This document shows, one piece after another, positions 1 through 8,974 of a DNA stretch of 46,044 bases (positions are counted from its first letter, which is position 1; every line of letters starts with the position of its first letter). The stretch is taken from assembly GCA_903842445.1 (NCBI GenBank), contig CAIMLT010000029.1, positions 1 through 46,044 on the forward strand. The letters run 5' to 3'. The stretch is from an uncultured bacterium. GTDB lineage: Bacteria; Patescibacteriota; Minisyncoccia; Moranbacterales; UBA2206. The translations under genes were made by a program, and so were the position numbers. Under the pieces are notes generated by a model. It saw only the letters and a program-made list of their open reading frames with translations. It did not search any database and was not told the origin of the DNA.

Positions 1-39
1 CGAAGAGGTGGTTAGAAAATAACAGCTGCTTAAGTAGCG

Positions 40-84
40 ATAATCCCTTTCTGCAGAACTTTGCTGGAAGGGATTATTTATTTT
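40..84 (+). terminator. Terminator-like hairpin, probably for an upstream gene ending at the window edge
   Basis: Perfect 10-bp stem ATAATCCCTT (40-49) / AAGGGATTAT (68-77), followed by TTATTTT. The 18-nt loop is large for an intrinsic terminator. A possible in-frame stop lies at 20-22. Confidence 0.35.
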
Positions 85-140
85 GCCGGGATGTTTGAAC
101 TTTGGTATACTAGTAGTATAAGAATTAAAAAAAACAAACT

Positions 141-641
141 ATGCAAAAAACAACCGAAAATTTAAAATCAGCGTTTGCTGGGGAATCACAAGCTAATCGG
201 CGTTATTTAGCTTTTGCTAAAAAAGCCCAGAGTGAGGGAAAAATAGGAATCGCAAAACTTTTTCGCGCGGCGGCAGAAGGCGAAACTGTGCATGCCTTGC
301 GACATTTGCAAACATTAGGAGAGGTGAAAGATACGGTAGAAAATTTGAAAGCGGCTGTTAGTGGTGAGACCTATGAAATTGATACGATGTATCCCGGATT
401 TATTTCTGAGGCGCAAGAAGAAAAAGAAAGTGGCGCAGAAATATCTTTCAAAAATGCGCTTAGCGTGGAAATGATTCACCAAGAACTTTTTCGCGAAGCG
501 CTTGAGAAAATGGAAAAGGGGGATGATCTCGAAGATTTTGACTATTATATTTGTCCAGTTTGCGGTTATCCGGCTATCTCTGAAATTCCAGATTCTTGCC
601 CAATTTGCCACACACCAAAAGACAAATTTGAAAAAATCTAA
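141..641 (+). CDS. rbr: Rubrerythrin (diiron four-helix bundle plus C-terminal rubredoxin-like domain)
   Basis: N-terminal GESQANRRYLAFA and EGETVHA ferritin-like motifs. C-terminal CPVCG...CPICH rubredoxin-type CxxC pairs. 166 aa. Confidence 0.9.
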   Translation: MQKTTENLKSAFAGESQANRRYLAFAKKAQSEGKIGIAKLFRAAAEGETVHALRHLQTLGEVKDTVENLKAAVSGETYEIDTMYPGFISEAQEEKESGAEISFKNALSVEMIHQELFREALEKMEKGDDLEDFDYYICPVCGYPAISEIPDSCPICHTPKDKFEKI

Positions 642-805
642 GCTTGCACAATTTTTCAAAAAAGACTATAATTAAAAAATGCTATAATAGCTCAAGATAA
701 GCAAAAAGTAAAGCTTTTTTTGTCTTGTTTTTTCTTGCTATGGCAGATTTATGAGTTTTCAGTGTAAAGGTGAACTTCGTTAAAATTGTAGTGTAAAATA
801 AACAA

Positions 806-1183
806 ATGGTACCACGAGGTTATCTTTGGTTAGTAAGAATAATTGGTTTTGTTTCTCTTTTAGCTTGGGGTTTTCTTGTTACTCAAGTTGAGCCGGAAAA
901 AAACTATTGGATGAAAGTAGCTTTTTATTTAACATTTTTTTTATTTCTTGTCTCTTTGTTCAATTTATTCTTATTGAGATTGCGAAAGCGGGTGATGCGA
1001 GGAGAAGCTGTGGGTGAAAACATAATTCTTAGTTTTCGTCAGGGAACTCTTTTGGCACTTTTGGCGACAAGTTTGCTTGTTCTTCAAGGATTGCGGATGC
1101 TTCTATGGTGGGATGGGCTTTTGGTTGTTGCTGGAATATTTCTAATTGAGCTTTATTTCCTTTCCAGAAATAATGATGATTGA
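806..1183 (+). CDS. Hypothetical small integral membrane protein
   Basis: 125-aa ORF with about 4 hydrophobic segments and no recognisable motif. Ends with TGA at 1181-1183. Confidence 0.55.
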   Translation: MVPRGYLWLVRIIGFVSLLAWGFLVTQVEPEKNYWMKVAFYLTFFLFLVSLFNLFLLRLRKRVMRGEAVGENIILSFRQGTLLALLATSLLVLQGLRMLLWWDGLLVVAGIFLIELYFLSRNNDD

Positions 1184-1229
1184 TTAAGATAATTTTATAA
1201 CGTAGCTAAGATATCAATTTTAAAAACAT

Positions 1230-3281
1230 ATGGCAGAAGATAAAAAAAAGGAAAAAAATAATGGGGATTATACCGCCAAGTCTATTCAAGTTCTTGAGGG
1301 TCTGGAGCCGGTCAGGAAGCGACCGGGAATGTATATTGGCGGAACGTCTGTTGATGGATTGCATCATTTGATTTGGGAAGTGGTAAATAACTCCATTGAT
1401 GAAGCGATGGCTGGATATTGTGAAAACATTACCGTGAAACTTTTACCGGATAACATGATCGAAATGGAAGATGATGGACGTGGTATTCCCGTCGAAAAGC
1501 ATCCTCAAACCAAAAAATCCACATTGGAAACGGTGCTCACGGTGCTTCACGCAGGAGGAAAATTTGGCGGTAACGGTTATAAGATTTCAGGAGGACTGCA
1601 TGGCGTAGGCGTTTCAGTGGTGAATGCGCTTTCGGTTTATTTGAGAGCGGAAGTGAAAAGAGATGGAAAAATATATGCAATGGAATTTGAAAGAGGCAAA
1701 CCAAAAAGTAAAGAGCCAATTGTGGTTGGAAAATCCAAAGAAACTGGCACGAAAATTATTTTTCAGGCTGATCCGCAAATTTTTTCAGAGATAAAGTATT
1801 CCTGGGAAAGAATTCTGGCTTATCTTCGTCAACAATCATATCTAACCAAGGGCATTAGTGTTAAGATTTATGATACGCGTGAAGTGGAAAAAGAGAGAGC
1901 CTATGGGTTTTTATTTGATGGTGGTTTGGTCTCTTATATTAAATTTTTGAACCGTGGCAAGGAGATTAAAAACGAAATGCCATTTTATGTGCGCAAAGAA
2001 CAGGATGATACATTGGTCGAGGTAGCGGTGCAATATACTGATTCCTACAAAGAGCATATCTTTTCTTTTGCTAATAATATTTCCACTCCGGAAGGTGGAA
2101 TGCATGAGGCTGGTTTTCGTAGCGCGTTGACAAGAGTTATTAACTCTTATGCCAAAAAATCCGGACTCTTGAAAGAAAAAGATGATAATTTTACAGCGGA
2201 AGATTTCCAAGAAGGTTTAACAGCTGTAATAAGTGTTAAGCTCAGAAATCCGCAATTCGAAGGACAAACCAAGGCTAAGCTGGGCAATGGTGAAATTAGA
2301 GGAATTGTTTCGTCAGCTGTTGCAGAGGCTTTGTTTGAGTATCTGGAAGCACATCCTAATAATGCCAAGGCGATTATTTCCAAAATTTCCTTAACTTCAC
2401 GCGCACGTCTGGCGGCTCGTGCCGCTAAGGATGCGGTGATTCGCAAAGGTGCGTTGGAAGGGATGACTCTTCCTGGAAAATTAGCTGATTGTTCTAGTCG
2501 GGACGCTTCACAATCAGAGATCTATATCGTAGAGGGAGACTCGGCTGGTGGTTCGGCCAAGCAAGGACGCAATCGACGTTTTCAAGCGATTTTGCCACTC
2601 CGCGGAAAACTGGTAAATGTGGAAAAAGCTACACTTGATAAGGTGGTTAAGTCTGATACACTAAAGCCAATTATTATTGCACTTGGGGCTGGAATCGGAG
2701 ATAGCTTGGATATTGCCAAACTACGTTATCACAAAGTAATTATAATGGCTGATGCTGATGTTGACGGATCGCATATTCGCACTTTGCTTTTGACTTTTTT
2801 CTATCGCTATTTCGAACCCCTTATTCGCAATGGTCATATCTATATTGCTCAACCGCCACTCTATCGTTTGCAAAAGGGCAAAGAGGTTAATTATGCTTTT
2901 ACTGATCAGGGCAGGGATAAAATTATTGAAGAAATGAAAAAGAAGAGTGAAGTAAATAAGAGGGATAAGGCGGAAAAAACACTCAAGAAAAAAACAGAAG
3001 AAGCGTTACCTGAAATTGTGATCGAAACAGATGAGGATGGAGAAGTTAAAGAAGAAGTTTCTGGCATCACCATCCAGCGCTATAAAGGTTTGGGAGAAAT
3101 GAATCCAACGCAACTTTGGGAAACGACTATGGATCCAACAACGAGGATGATGATGCAAGTGAATATTGAAGATGCCGAGGCGGCCGACAAGATGTTTGAC
3201 ATTTTGATGGGCACCGAGGTTGAGCCACGTCGACGCTTTATTCAAACTCATGCCAAGAGTGTGAAGAACCTGGATGTATAG
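1230..3281 (+). CDS. gyrB: DNA gyrase subunit B
   Basis: Motifs LEGLEPVRKRPGMYIGG, GLHHLIWEVVNNSIDE, GGLHGVG, EGDSAGG, PLRGK, IMADADVDGSHI and QRYKGLGEMNP. Confidence 0.97.
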   Translation: MAEDKKKEKNNGDYTAKSIQVLEGLEPVRKRPGMYIGGTSVDGLHHLIWEVVNNSIDEAMAGYCENITVKLLPDNMIEMEDDGRGIPVEKHPQTKKSTLETVLTVLHAGGKFGGNGYKISGGLHGVGVSVVNALSVYLRAEVKRDGKIYAMEFERGKPKSKEPIVVGKSKETGTKIIFQADPQIFSEIKYSWERILAYLRQQSYLTKGISVKIYDTREVEKERAYGFLFDGGLVSYIKFLNRGKEIKNEMPFYVRKEQDDTLVEVAVQYTDSYKEHIFSFANNISTPEGGMHEAGFRSALTRVINSYAKKSGLLKEKDDNFTAEDFQEGLTAVISVKLRNPQFEGQTKAKLGNGEIRGIVSSAVAEALFEYLEAHPNNAKAIISKISLTSRARLAARAAKDAVIRKGALEGMTLPGKLADCSSRDASQSEIYIVEGDSAGGSAKQGRNRRFQAILPLRGKLVNVEKATLDKVVKSDTLKPIIIALGAGIGDSLDIAKLRYHKVIIMADADVDGSHIRTLLLTFFYRYFEPLIRNGHIYIAQPPLYRLQKGKEVNYAFTDQGRDKIIEEMKKKSEVNKRDKAEKTLKKKTEEALPEIVIETDEDGEVKEEVSGITIQRYKGLGEMNPTQLWETTMDPTTRMMMQVNIEDAEAADKMFDILMGTEVEPRRRFIQTHAKSVKNLDV

Positions 3282-3329
3282 TAGTTTTTTAGTTTTGTAA
3301 ATATAAAAATCTAAGCGAAAATAAACTTT

Positions 3330-4367
3330 ATGCAATTGAGAAAAATACAAGACGCTGATCTTGAAAATAAAAAAGTATTGCTGAGGGTCGATTTTAATGT
3401 TTCCTTGGAAGATGGGAAAGTGAAGGAAACTTTCAAAATTTCGGCTGCCAAAGAGTCGATCGATTATCTGCTCCGCAAGAATTGCAAGGTCGCACTTCTG
3501 ACTCATTTAGGCCGGCCTGATGGCAAAGTTAATTCGGAATTTTCGGTGCAACAGATTGTCGATGATGCGGAAATGGTTTTGGCAAGCAAGATTACTTTTA
3601 TTCCTGATTGTGTCGGTGAAAAAGTTAAAGAAGCACTTGATAGTCTGAGCGACGGGATCTTGCTTTTGGAAAATGTCAGGTTTTATGCGGGGGATGAGAA
3701 AAATGACGAAGAATTTTCCAAAAAATTGGCGGAAAATTTCGATATTTTTGTGAACGATGCATTCAGTGCGTCGCATCGAGACCATGCTTCTATCACGGGT
3801 GTCGCGAAAATATTGCCGAGTTATGCCGGCTGTTGCCTTCAAGAAGAGATCCACGAGATGTCGATCATCAAAGATCATCCGGTGCATCCGGCGGTGGCGA
3901 TCATTGGCGGTGCGAAAATCGAAACCAAGCTCCCAGTTATCAAATTCTTTGAAGATAAATATGATCATATCCTGGTCGGCGGTAAAATTGCCAATGAGGC
4001 GATTGATCAGCATGTCCAATTTTCCGAAAAAGTTATTTTGCCGATTGATTTCGTGGATGATCGCCTAGACATCGGACCGAAAACCATTGAAAAATTCAAA
4101 GAGATCATTGCCTCAGCCAAGATGATCGCTTGGAACGGACCGACGGGAAAATTCGAAGATGAGAGATATGCCAAGAGTTCCAAAGAAATTCTCGAAGCAG
4201 TCATCAGGAGCGGCGCTTTTGTCCTGGTTGGCGGCGGAGAAACTCTGGAAATTTTGGAAAGAAATGATGCGATGCACCGAGTATCTTTCGTTTCAACCGG
4301 CGGAGGCGCGATGTTGGATTTTCTCTCTGGCGAAAAGATGCCAGGAATCGAGATGCTGGAGAGTTAA
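3330..4367 (+). CDS. pgk: Phosphoglycerate kinase (compact, 345 aa)
   Basis: Motifs KKVLLRVDFNV, THLGRP, FVNDAFSASHR, IIGGAKIETK, WNGPTGKFE and STGGGAMLDFL. Confidence 0.93.
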   Translation: MQLRKIQDADLENKKVLLRVDFNVSLEDGKVKETFKISAAKESIDYLLRKNCKVALLTHLGRPDGKVNSEFSVQQIVDDAEMVLASKITFIPDCVGEKVKEALDSLSDGILLLENVRFYAGDEKNDEEFSKKLAENFDIFVNDAFSASHRDHASITGVAKILPSYAGCCLQEEIHEMSIIKDHPVHPAVAIIGGAKIETKLPVIKFFEDKYDHILVGGKIANEAIDQHVQFSEKVILPIDFVDDRLDIGPKTIEKFKEIIASAKMIAWNGPTGKFEDERYAKSSKEILEAVIRSGAFVLVGGGETLEILERNDAMHRVSFVSTGGGAMLDFLSGEKMPGIEMLES

Positions 4368-4389
4368 GAAAGTATTTTTTTAAATTTAT

Positions 4390-4911
4390 ATGAAGCAGAT
4401 TGAGACCGCAAAGTTTATACTTAGAAATATTGCGAAGGGCGATGAGTTTGCGATTGCGAAAAATATCAATGATAAGACCATTTCCCGCAACACGGCGACT
4501 ATCCCATATCCGTATAAGCTTAAGGATGCTGAAGATTGGATCAAGGTGTGTCTCGATAGAGAAAAAGAGAAGGATCCTACGGAGTTGGCCTTGGCTGTTG
4601 TTATTGATGGTGAAGTTTGTGGGGCTGTTAGTCTTCATAAGATTAAAAAAAATCACAAAGCAGAAATCGGTTATTGGCTGGCAAAAAAATACTGGGGCAG
4701 AGGAATTTTTTCCGAAGTGATTAAGATTGTGACCGAACTTAGTTTTAAGAAATTCAAGCTAAGGCGAATATACGCCGGAGTGTATTCGTTTAATCCGGCC
4801 TCAATGAAGGTCCTTATCAAGAATGGCTATGTGCTCGAAGGAGTATTAAAAAAAGATATAAAAAAAGGAGGGAGGCTTTTTGATAAGCATATTTATGCTA
4901 AAGTGAAGTAA
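4390..4911 (+). CDS. GNAT family N-acetyltransferase (RimJ/RimL-like)
   Basis: 173 aa. IGYWLAKKYWGRG acetyl-CoA-binding-type motif and a typical GNAT length and layout. Confidence 0.85.
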   Translation: MKQIETAKFILRNIAKGDEFAIAKNINDKTISRNTATIPYPYKLKDAEDWIKVCLDREKEKDPTELALAVVIDGEVCGAVSLHKIKKNHKAEIGYWLAKKYWGRGIFSEVIKIVTELSFKKFKLRRIYAGVYSFNPASMKVLIKNGYVLEGVLKKDIKKGGRLFDKHIYAKVK

Positions 4912-5025
4912 GTTTAAAAGTGGAATTGATTAAAAACCGCGCTGAAAATTAGGCGCTTTTGTTTTTTTATAAATAGCGGTATAATTAAGCAAACTGCATC
5001 ATTTAACCAATGTAATTTTTAAACT

Positions 5026-6279
5026 ATGTCAAAAATTAAAAAGATTTATGCACGCGAAATTTTGGACTCTCGTGGTAATCCGACTGTGGAAGTTGAGGTG
5101 AGCCTTGAGTCCGGATCGATTGGAAACTTTATGGTGCCATCGGGCGCATCAACCGGGACGCATGAAGCTCTGGAACTTCGAGATGGGGACAAGACACGCT
5201 ATAACGGCTTAGGTGTAAAAACGGCTGTTGCCAATGTAAATGAAAAAATTCAAGGAGCGCTTTTGGGAATGGAAGCTGGAAATCAAAAAGAAATAGATAA
5301 AGCGATGATAGCGCTTGATGGAACTGAGAATAAAACTAATTTGGGGGCGAATGCGATCTTGGGAGTTTCTATAGCGGTTTGCCGAGCAATGGCAAAAGAG
5401 CTTGATATTCCATTGTATAAATATATTGCAGAGACATTTAAATTGTCGAAAAAATTCAAATTGCCAATTCCAATGTTCAATATCATTAATGGTGGACAAC
5501 ATAGCGATTCCGGGCTTTCTATTCAAGAATATAAGCTAGTGCCAAATGGAATTAGAGAATTTAGTAAACAACTTCGTGCTGGCAGTGAAATATTTCATGA
5601 GCTGAAAAAGCTTTTATCCTCCGAAGGCTTTAGTGTTTCCGTGGGAGATGAGGGTGGCTTTGCGCCAAAACTTGAAAGCAACGCTAAAGCCCTGGAGTTG
5701 ATTAACCTGGCGATTGAAAAAGCTGGTTATAAAAAAGGACAAGAAGTCAATCTGGGGATTGACGCAGCTGCGAGTTCTTTTTTTGACGAAACAGAAAAAC
5801 AGTATGTTTTCAAGCCTGAAAATGCCGTGCTTAGTCCAGATGCTTTGATCAATATTTATGCCGAATGGATTAAAAAATATAATGTTATTTCCGTGGAAGA
5901 TGGTCTCATGGAAGACGATTTTTCTGGTTGGACAAAGATGGAAAAAAAAATAGGAGAAAAAGTGATGACAATTGGCGATGATCTTTTAGTGACAAATGTT
6001 AAAAGACTCAAAATGGCAATAGCTAAAAAAGCCTGTAACGCTGTGCTAATTAAAGTTAACCAAATCGGAACGCTAACGGAAACGATCGATTGCATGAAAT
6101 TGGCTAAGAAAAATAAAATGAAAGTAGTCGTGTCTCATCGTAGTGGAGAAACCACGGATGATTTTATCGCTGATTTGGCAGTTGGTGCTTCTGCTGATTA
6201 TATTAAATCTGGTTCGCTTTCCAGAGGAGAGCGAATTTGTAAGTATAATCGATTGCTTAGAATTGAAGAAGAAATTTAA
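5026..6279 (+). CDS. eno: Enolase (phosphopyruvate hydratase)
   Basis: Motifs AREILDSRGNPTVEVEV, PSGASTGTHEALELRD, SVEDGL, LIKVNQIGTLTET and SHRSGETTD. Confidence 0.97.
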   Translation: MSKIKKIYAREILDSRGNPTVEVEVSLESGSIGNFMVPSGASTGTHEALELRDGDKTRYNGLGVKTAVANVNEKIQGALLGMEAGNQKEIDKAMIALDGTENKTNLGANAILGVSIAVCRAMAKELDIPLYKYIAETFKLSKKFKLPIPMFNIINGGQHSDSGLSIQEYKLVPNGIREFSKQLRAGSEIFHELKKLLSSEGFSVSVGDEGGFAPKLESNAKALELINLAIEKAGYKKGQEVNLGIDAAASSFFDETEKQYVFKPENAVLSPDALINIYAEWIKKYNVISVEDGLMEDDFSGWTKMEKKIGEKVMTIGDDLLVTNVKRLKMAIAKKACNAVLIKVNQIGTLTETIDCMKLAKKNKMKVVVSHRSGETTDDFIADLAVGASADYIKSGSLSRGERICKYNRLLRIEEEI

Positions 6280-6376
6280 TCAGAACCACTGATTATCACT
6301 GAGAACACTGGTTTCACTGATTTTAAAATTCAATCAGGTGTAATCAGGAAAATCATGCGCTAATCATGTGGTTCAG
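6277..6376. repeat. Array of nine TAATCAG / CTGATTA heptamer copies at about 10-bp phasing, filling the eno-gpmI spacer
   Basis: Perfect palindrome TAATCAG-N5-CTGATTA at 6277-6295. CACTG(A/G) at 6287, 6297, 6306 and 6315. (C/T/A)AATCA(G/T) at 6331, 6341, 6350 and 6361. Outer arms GAACCAC (6283-6289) / GTGGTTC (6368-6374). Confidence 0.7.
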
Positions 6377-6381
6377 ATATT

Positions 6382-7929
6382 ATGAAAATCCCAACACTTC
6401 TTGTGATCCTCGACGGTTATGGCGTTGCTCCACCGGGAAAAGGCAATGCGATAACTTTAGCTAAAAAACCGACAATTGATCGGTTGTTTAAAGTTTATCC
6501 TTCAACAACTCTCTGCGCGACGGGGAATTGTGTTGGATTAGAAAGTCATAAGATGAGTGGGTCGGAAGCCGGACACATGAATATTGGAGCGGGTAGAATT
6601 GTGCCACAAGATTCAAAGTATATTACTGATAGCATAAAAGATGGTAGTTTTTTTATGAATCCGATAATGATTGGTGCTATGAAGCAGGTGAAAGATTTAG
6701 GAGGCAATTTTCATGTTATGGGTTTAATGGGAAATGGAGACAGTCCGCATAGTGATCCGGAGCATTTCAGGGCGATTCTTCGATTGGCCAAGAAGAATAA
6801 TATTAAAGAAGTTTATTGTCATCTTTTTACGGATGGTCGTGATTCCTATCCAAAAAGTGCTCTCACGCATTTGAAGTATTTCCAAAGAATTATACAAGAA
6901 GAAGGTATCGGAAAAATAGCGACGCTTTCAGGTCGATTTTATGCAATGGATAGGGCAAAAAATTGGAAAAGACTTACCTTGGCTTATGATGTTTCAGTAT
7001 TTGCTCGTGGAGAAAAAGCGAATTCGGCCGAAGAAGCAATCCAAAAAGCCTATGAAGCTGATTTGACTGATGAATATCTTTTGCCGACAGTTATTTTCGA
7101 AAATGGAGTGCCAGTTGCTCAAATTAAAAAAAATGACTCAGTGGTCTTTTATAATTTTCGTTCAGATAGAGCAAGGCAATTCAGTAAGTTGTTCATTGCG
7201 ATAGACGAAAAGAGCATTTTAAATGATAACATGCCAATACTTGATAAAATCAAGAACTTATATTTTGTTGCGCTGACTGATTTTGGTCCTGGGCTGGATG
7301 AACACACGGCCTTTCCTGAACATACGATTTCTGCCACTTTGCCGATGGTCTTGGGTAAGCTTAAGCAACTCTATATCGCCGAATCGGAAAAGTTTGCTCA
7401 TGTAACATATTTTTTAAATGGTGGCTATGCTGATTCAGTCAGTGGGGAAACGCGACTTATGGTTGAATCTCCCGTAGTCGATTCTTACAAAAATATGCCG
7501 GAAATGTCCGCTGAACTTATAACAGATACGGTGCTTAAGGCTTTAAAAAAAAATGAATATGATTTTATTGCGATTAATTATGCCAATGCGGATATGGTTG
7601 GACATACGGGTGATTTGCCAGCCACGATAAAAGCAGTTGAGTTCTTGGATAAGCAATTAGAAAAATTAACGAGTGCAGTCTTAAAATTAAAAGGAAATTT
7701 GATTGTTACGGCCGATCATGGCAATGCGGATGATATGATAGATTTCGAGAGTGATCAGCCTAATACTTATCATACCAAAAATCCTGTGCCATTTTTAATT
7801 ATTTCTGAAAAATTTAAAGACAAGAAACTGCGTGATGATGGCGTATTGGGAAATATTGCTCCGACTATTTTGGATATTCTTGATATCGAAAAACCCAAGC
7901 TGATGGATAAAAATTCATTATTAAAATAA
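6382..7929 (+). CDS. gpmI: 2,3-bisphosphoglycerate-independent phosphoglycerate mutase
   Basis: Motifs LVILDGYG, SGSEAGHMNIGAGR, HLFTDGRD, ANADMVGHTG and TADHGNA. 515 aa. Confidence 0.95.
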   Translation: MKIPTLLVILDGYGVAPPGKGNAITLAKKPTIDRLFKVYPSTTLCATGNCVGLESHKMSGSEAGHMNIGAGRIVPQDSKYITDSIKDGSFFMNPIMIGAMKQVKDLGGNFHVMGLMGNGDSPHSDPEHFRAILRLAKKNNIKEVYCHLFTDGRDSYPKSALTHLKYFQRIIQEEGIGKIATLSGRFYAMDRAKNWKRLTLAYDVSVFARGEKANSAEEAIQKAYEADLTDEYLLPTVIFENGVPVAQIKKNDSVVFYNFRSDRARQFSKLFIAIDEKSILNDNMPILDKIKNLYFVALTDFGPGLDEHTAFPEHTISATLPMVLGKLKQLYIAESEKFAHVTYFLNGGYADSVSGETRLMVESPVVDSYKNMPEMSAELITDTVLKALKKNEYDFIAINYANADMVGHTGDLPATIKAVEFLDKQLEKLTSAVLKLKGNLIVTADHGNADDMIDFESDQPNTYHTKNPVPFLIISEKFKDKKLRDDGVLGNIAPTILDILDIEKPKLMDKNSLLK

Positions 7930-7941
7930 TCTTAAAACAAT

Positions 7942-8943
7942 ATGCATAAAATAGTTTGTGTTGGTTCGGCTTGCAAGGATATTTTTTTTCCGACTCTTGA
8001 AGGAAAAATAATTGAAACGCCGAATGAAATATTGAGTCAAAAGAAGATTGAATTTGAATTGGGAGCAAAGTATAAAATTGAAGATCGATTTGAAGCTTTG
8101 GGTGGTTGCGCCGCTAATGTGGCAGTGGGACTTTCTCGTTTAGGAATTTCTGCTGCATGTTACGCGCATATTGGCAATGATCAAATGGCTGATTGGATTC
8201 TCTCGGAACTTGAGAAAAATAATATTGGAACCGATTTAATAACAAAAGATAAAGATTTGCCAAGTGATATGTCAGCGATTATTATTGACAAAAATTCTGG
8301 CGAAAGAGTAATTTTTTCCAATCAGAAAGCCAATACGAACTTAACCATAATTCCTGAAAAAATAAATTCCGCAGAGTGGATTTTTATCGGTGATTTGCAT
8401 GGCAATTGGCAAGATCACTTAGATTTGATTTTCAATCTAGCTCGAGAAAATAAAATCAAATTAGCTTACAATCCACGACAAATAAATATTCACGATGATG
8501 TTAAAAAAATAATTGAAAAAATAGCCCAAGCGCAAGTTTTATTTCTCAATAAAGATGAAGCACTGGAAATCATTTCTCAAGTTGGTGATTTTTCGGCGGA
8601 AGATTTGGAGGATGAGAAGTTCTTGCTTAATGAGCTGAAAAAAATAGGAGCAGAGTTGGTGATTATCACCGATGGAGTGCGCGGTGCTTTTGCGAGTAAT
8701 GGTGGTGAGATATTTTTTATTCCTGGAAAAAAGGTTAAGGCAGTTGATTCAACCGGCGCGGGTGATGCTTTTGCGAGCGGTTTTCTTGGAGCTTTTCTCA
8801 AGGGAAAAACGCTAGAAGACTGTCTGAATTGGGGGATTATTAATAGCTCAAGCGAGGTGCAATTTTATGGATCAATTGATGGGCTTCTTTTTGAAGAAGG
8901 AATTTTAGAAAAATCCAAAGTTTTTGAAATTAAAGAGGTTTAA
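7942..8943 (+). CDS. PfkB-family carbohydrate/nucleoside kinase; substrate not assignable
   Basis: GGCAANVAVGLSRLG N-terminal motif and DSTGAGDAFASGFL (DTxGAGD) C-terminal motif of the ribokinase/PfkB superfamily. Confidence 0.85.
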   Translation: MHKIVCVGSACKDIFFPTLEGKIIETPNEILSQKKIEFELGAKYKIEDRFEALGGCAANVAVGLSRLGISAACYAHIGNDQMADWILSELEKNNIGTDLITKDKDLPSDMSAIIIDKNSGERVIFSNQKANTNLTIIPEKINSAEWIFIGDLHGNWQDHLDLIFNLARENKIKLAYNPRQINIHDDVKKIIEKIAQAQVLFLNKDEALEIISQVGDFSAEDLEDEKFLLNELKKIGAELVIITDGVRGAFASNGGEIFFIPGKKVKAVDSTGAGDAFASGFLGAFLKGKTLEDCLNWGIINSSSEVQFYGSIDGLLFEEGILEKSKVFEIKEV

Positions 8944-8974
8944 CAAAATATTTTTATTGTTTAACTTTATTTTT

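Noticed and set aside
1181-1183. Alternative genetic code (UGA recoding as in some CPR lineages)
   Set aside because: TGA terminates well-delimited genes (for example 806-1183 and rlmN at 25009-25011). All conserved genes are intact under the standard code.
2925-3070. Lys/Glu-rich segment of about 35 residues in GyrB before QRYKGLGEM, considered as a possible intein or mobile insertion
   Set aside because: It is far too short for an intein and lacks splice-junction residues and endonuclease motifs. It looks like a charged surface-loop expansion in a known variable region.
8924-8974. 17-codon N-terminal extension of the ADP-forming acetyl-CoA synthetase
   Set aside because: It overlaps the PfkB gene end and encodes Phe/Leu/Asn-rich sequence. 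The conserved CoA-binding N-terminus begins at the ATG at 8975. The GTG extension of smc (39342-39359) was rejected for the same kind of reason.
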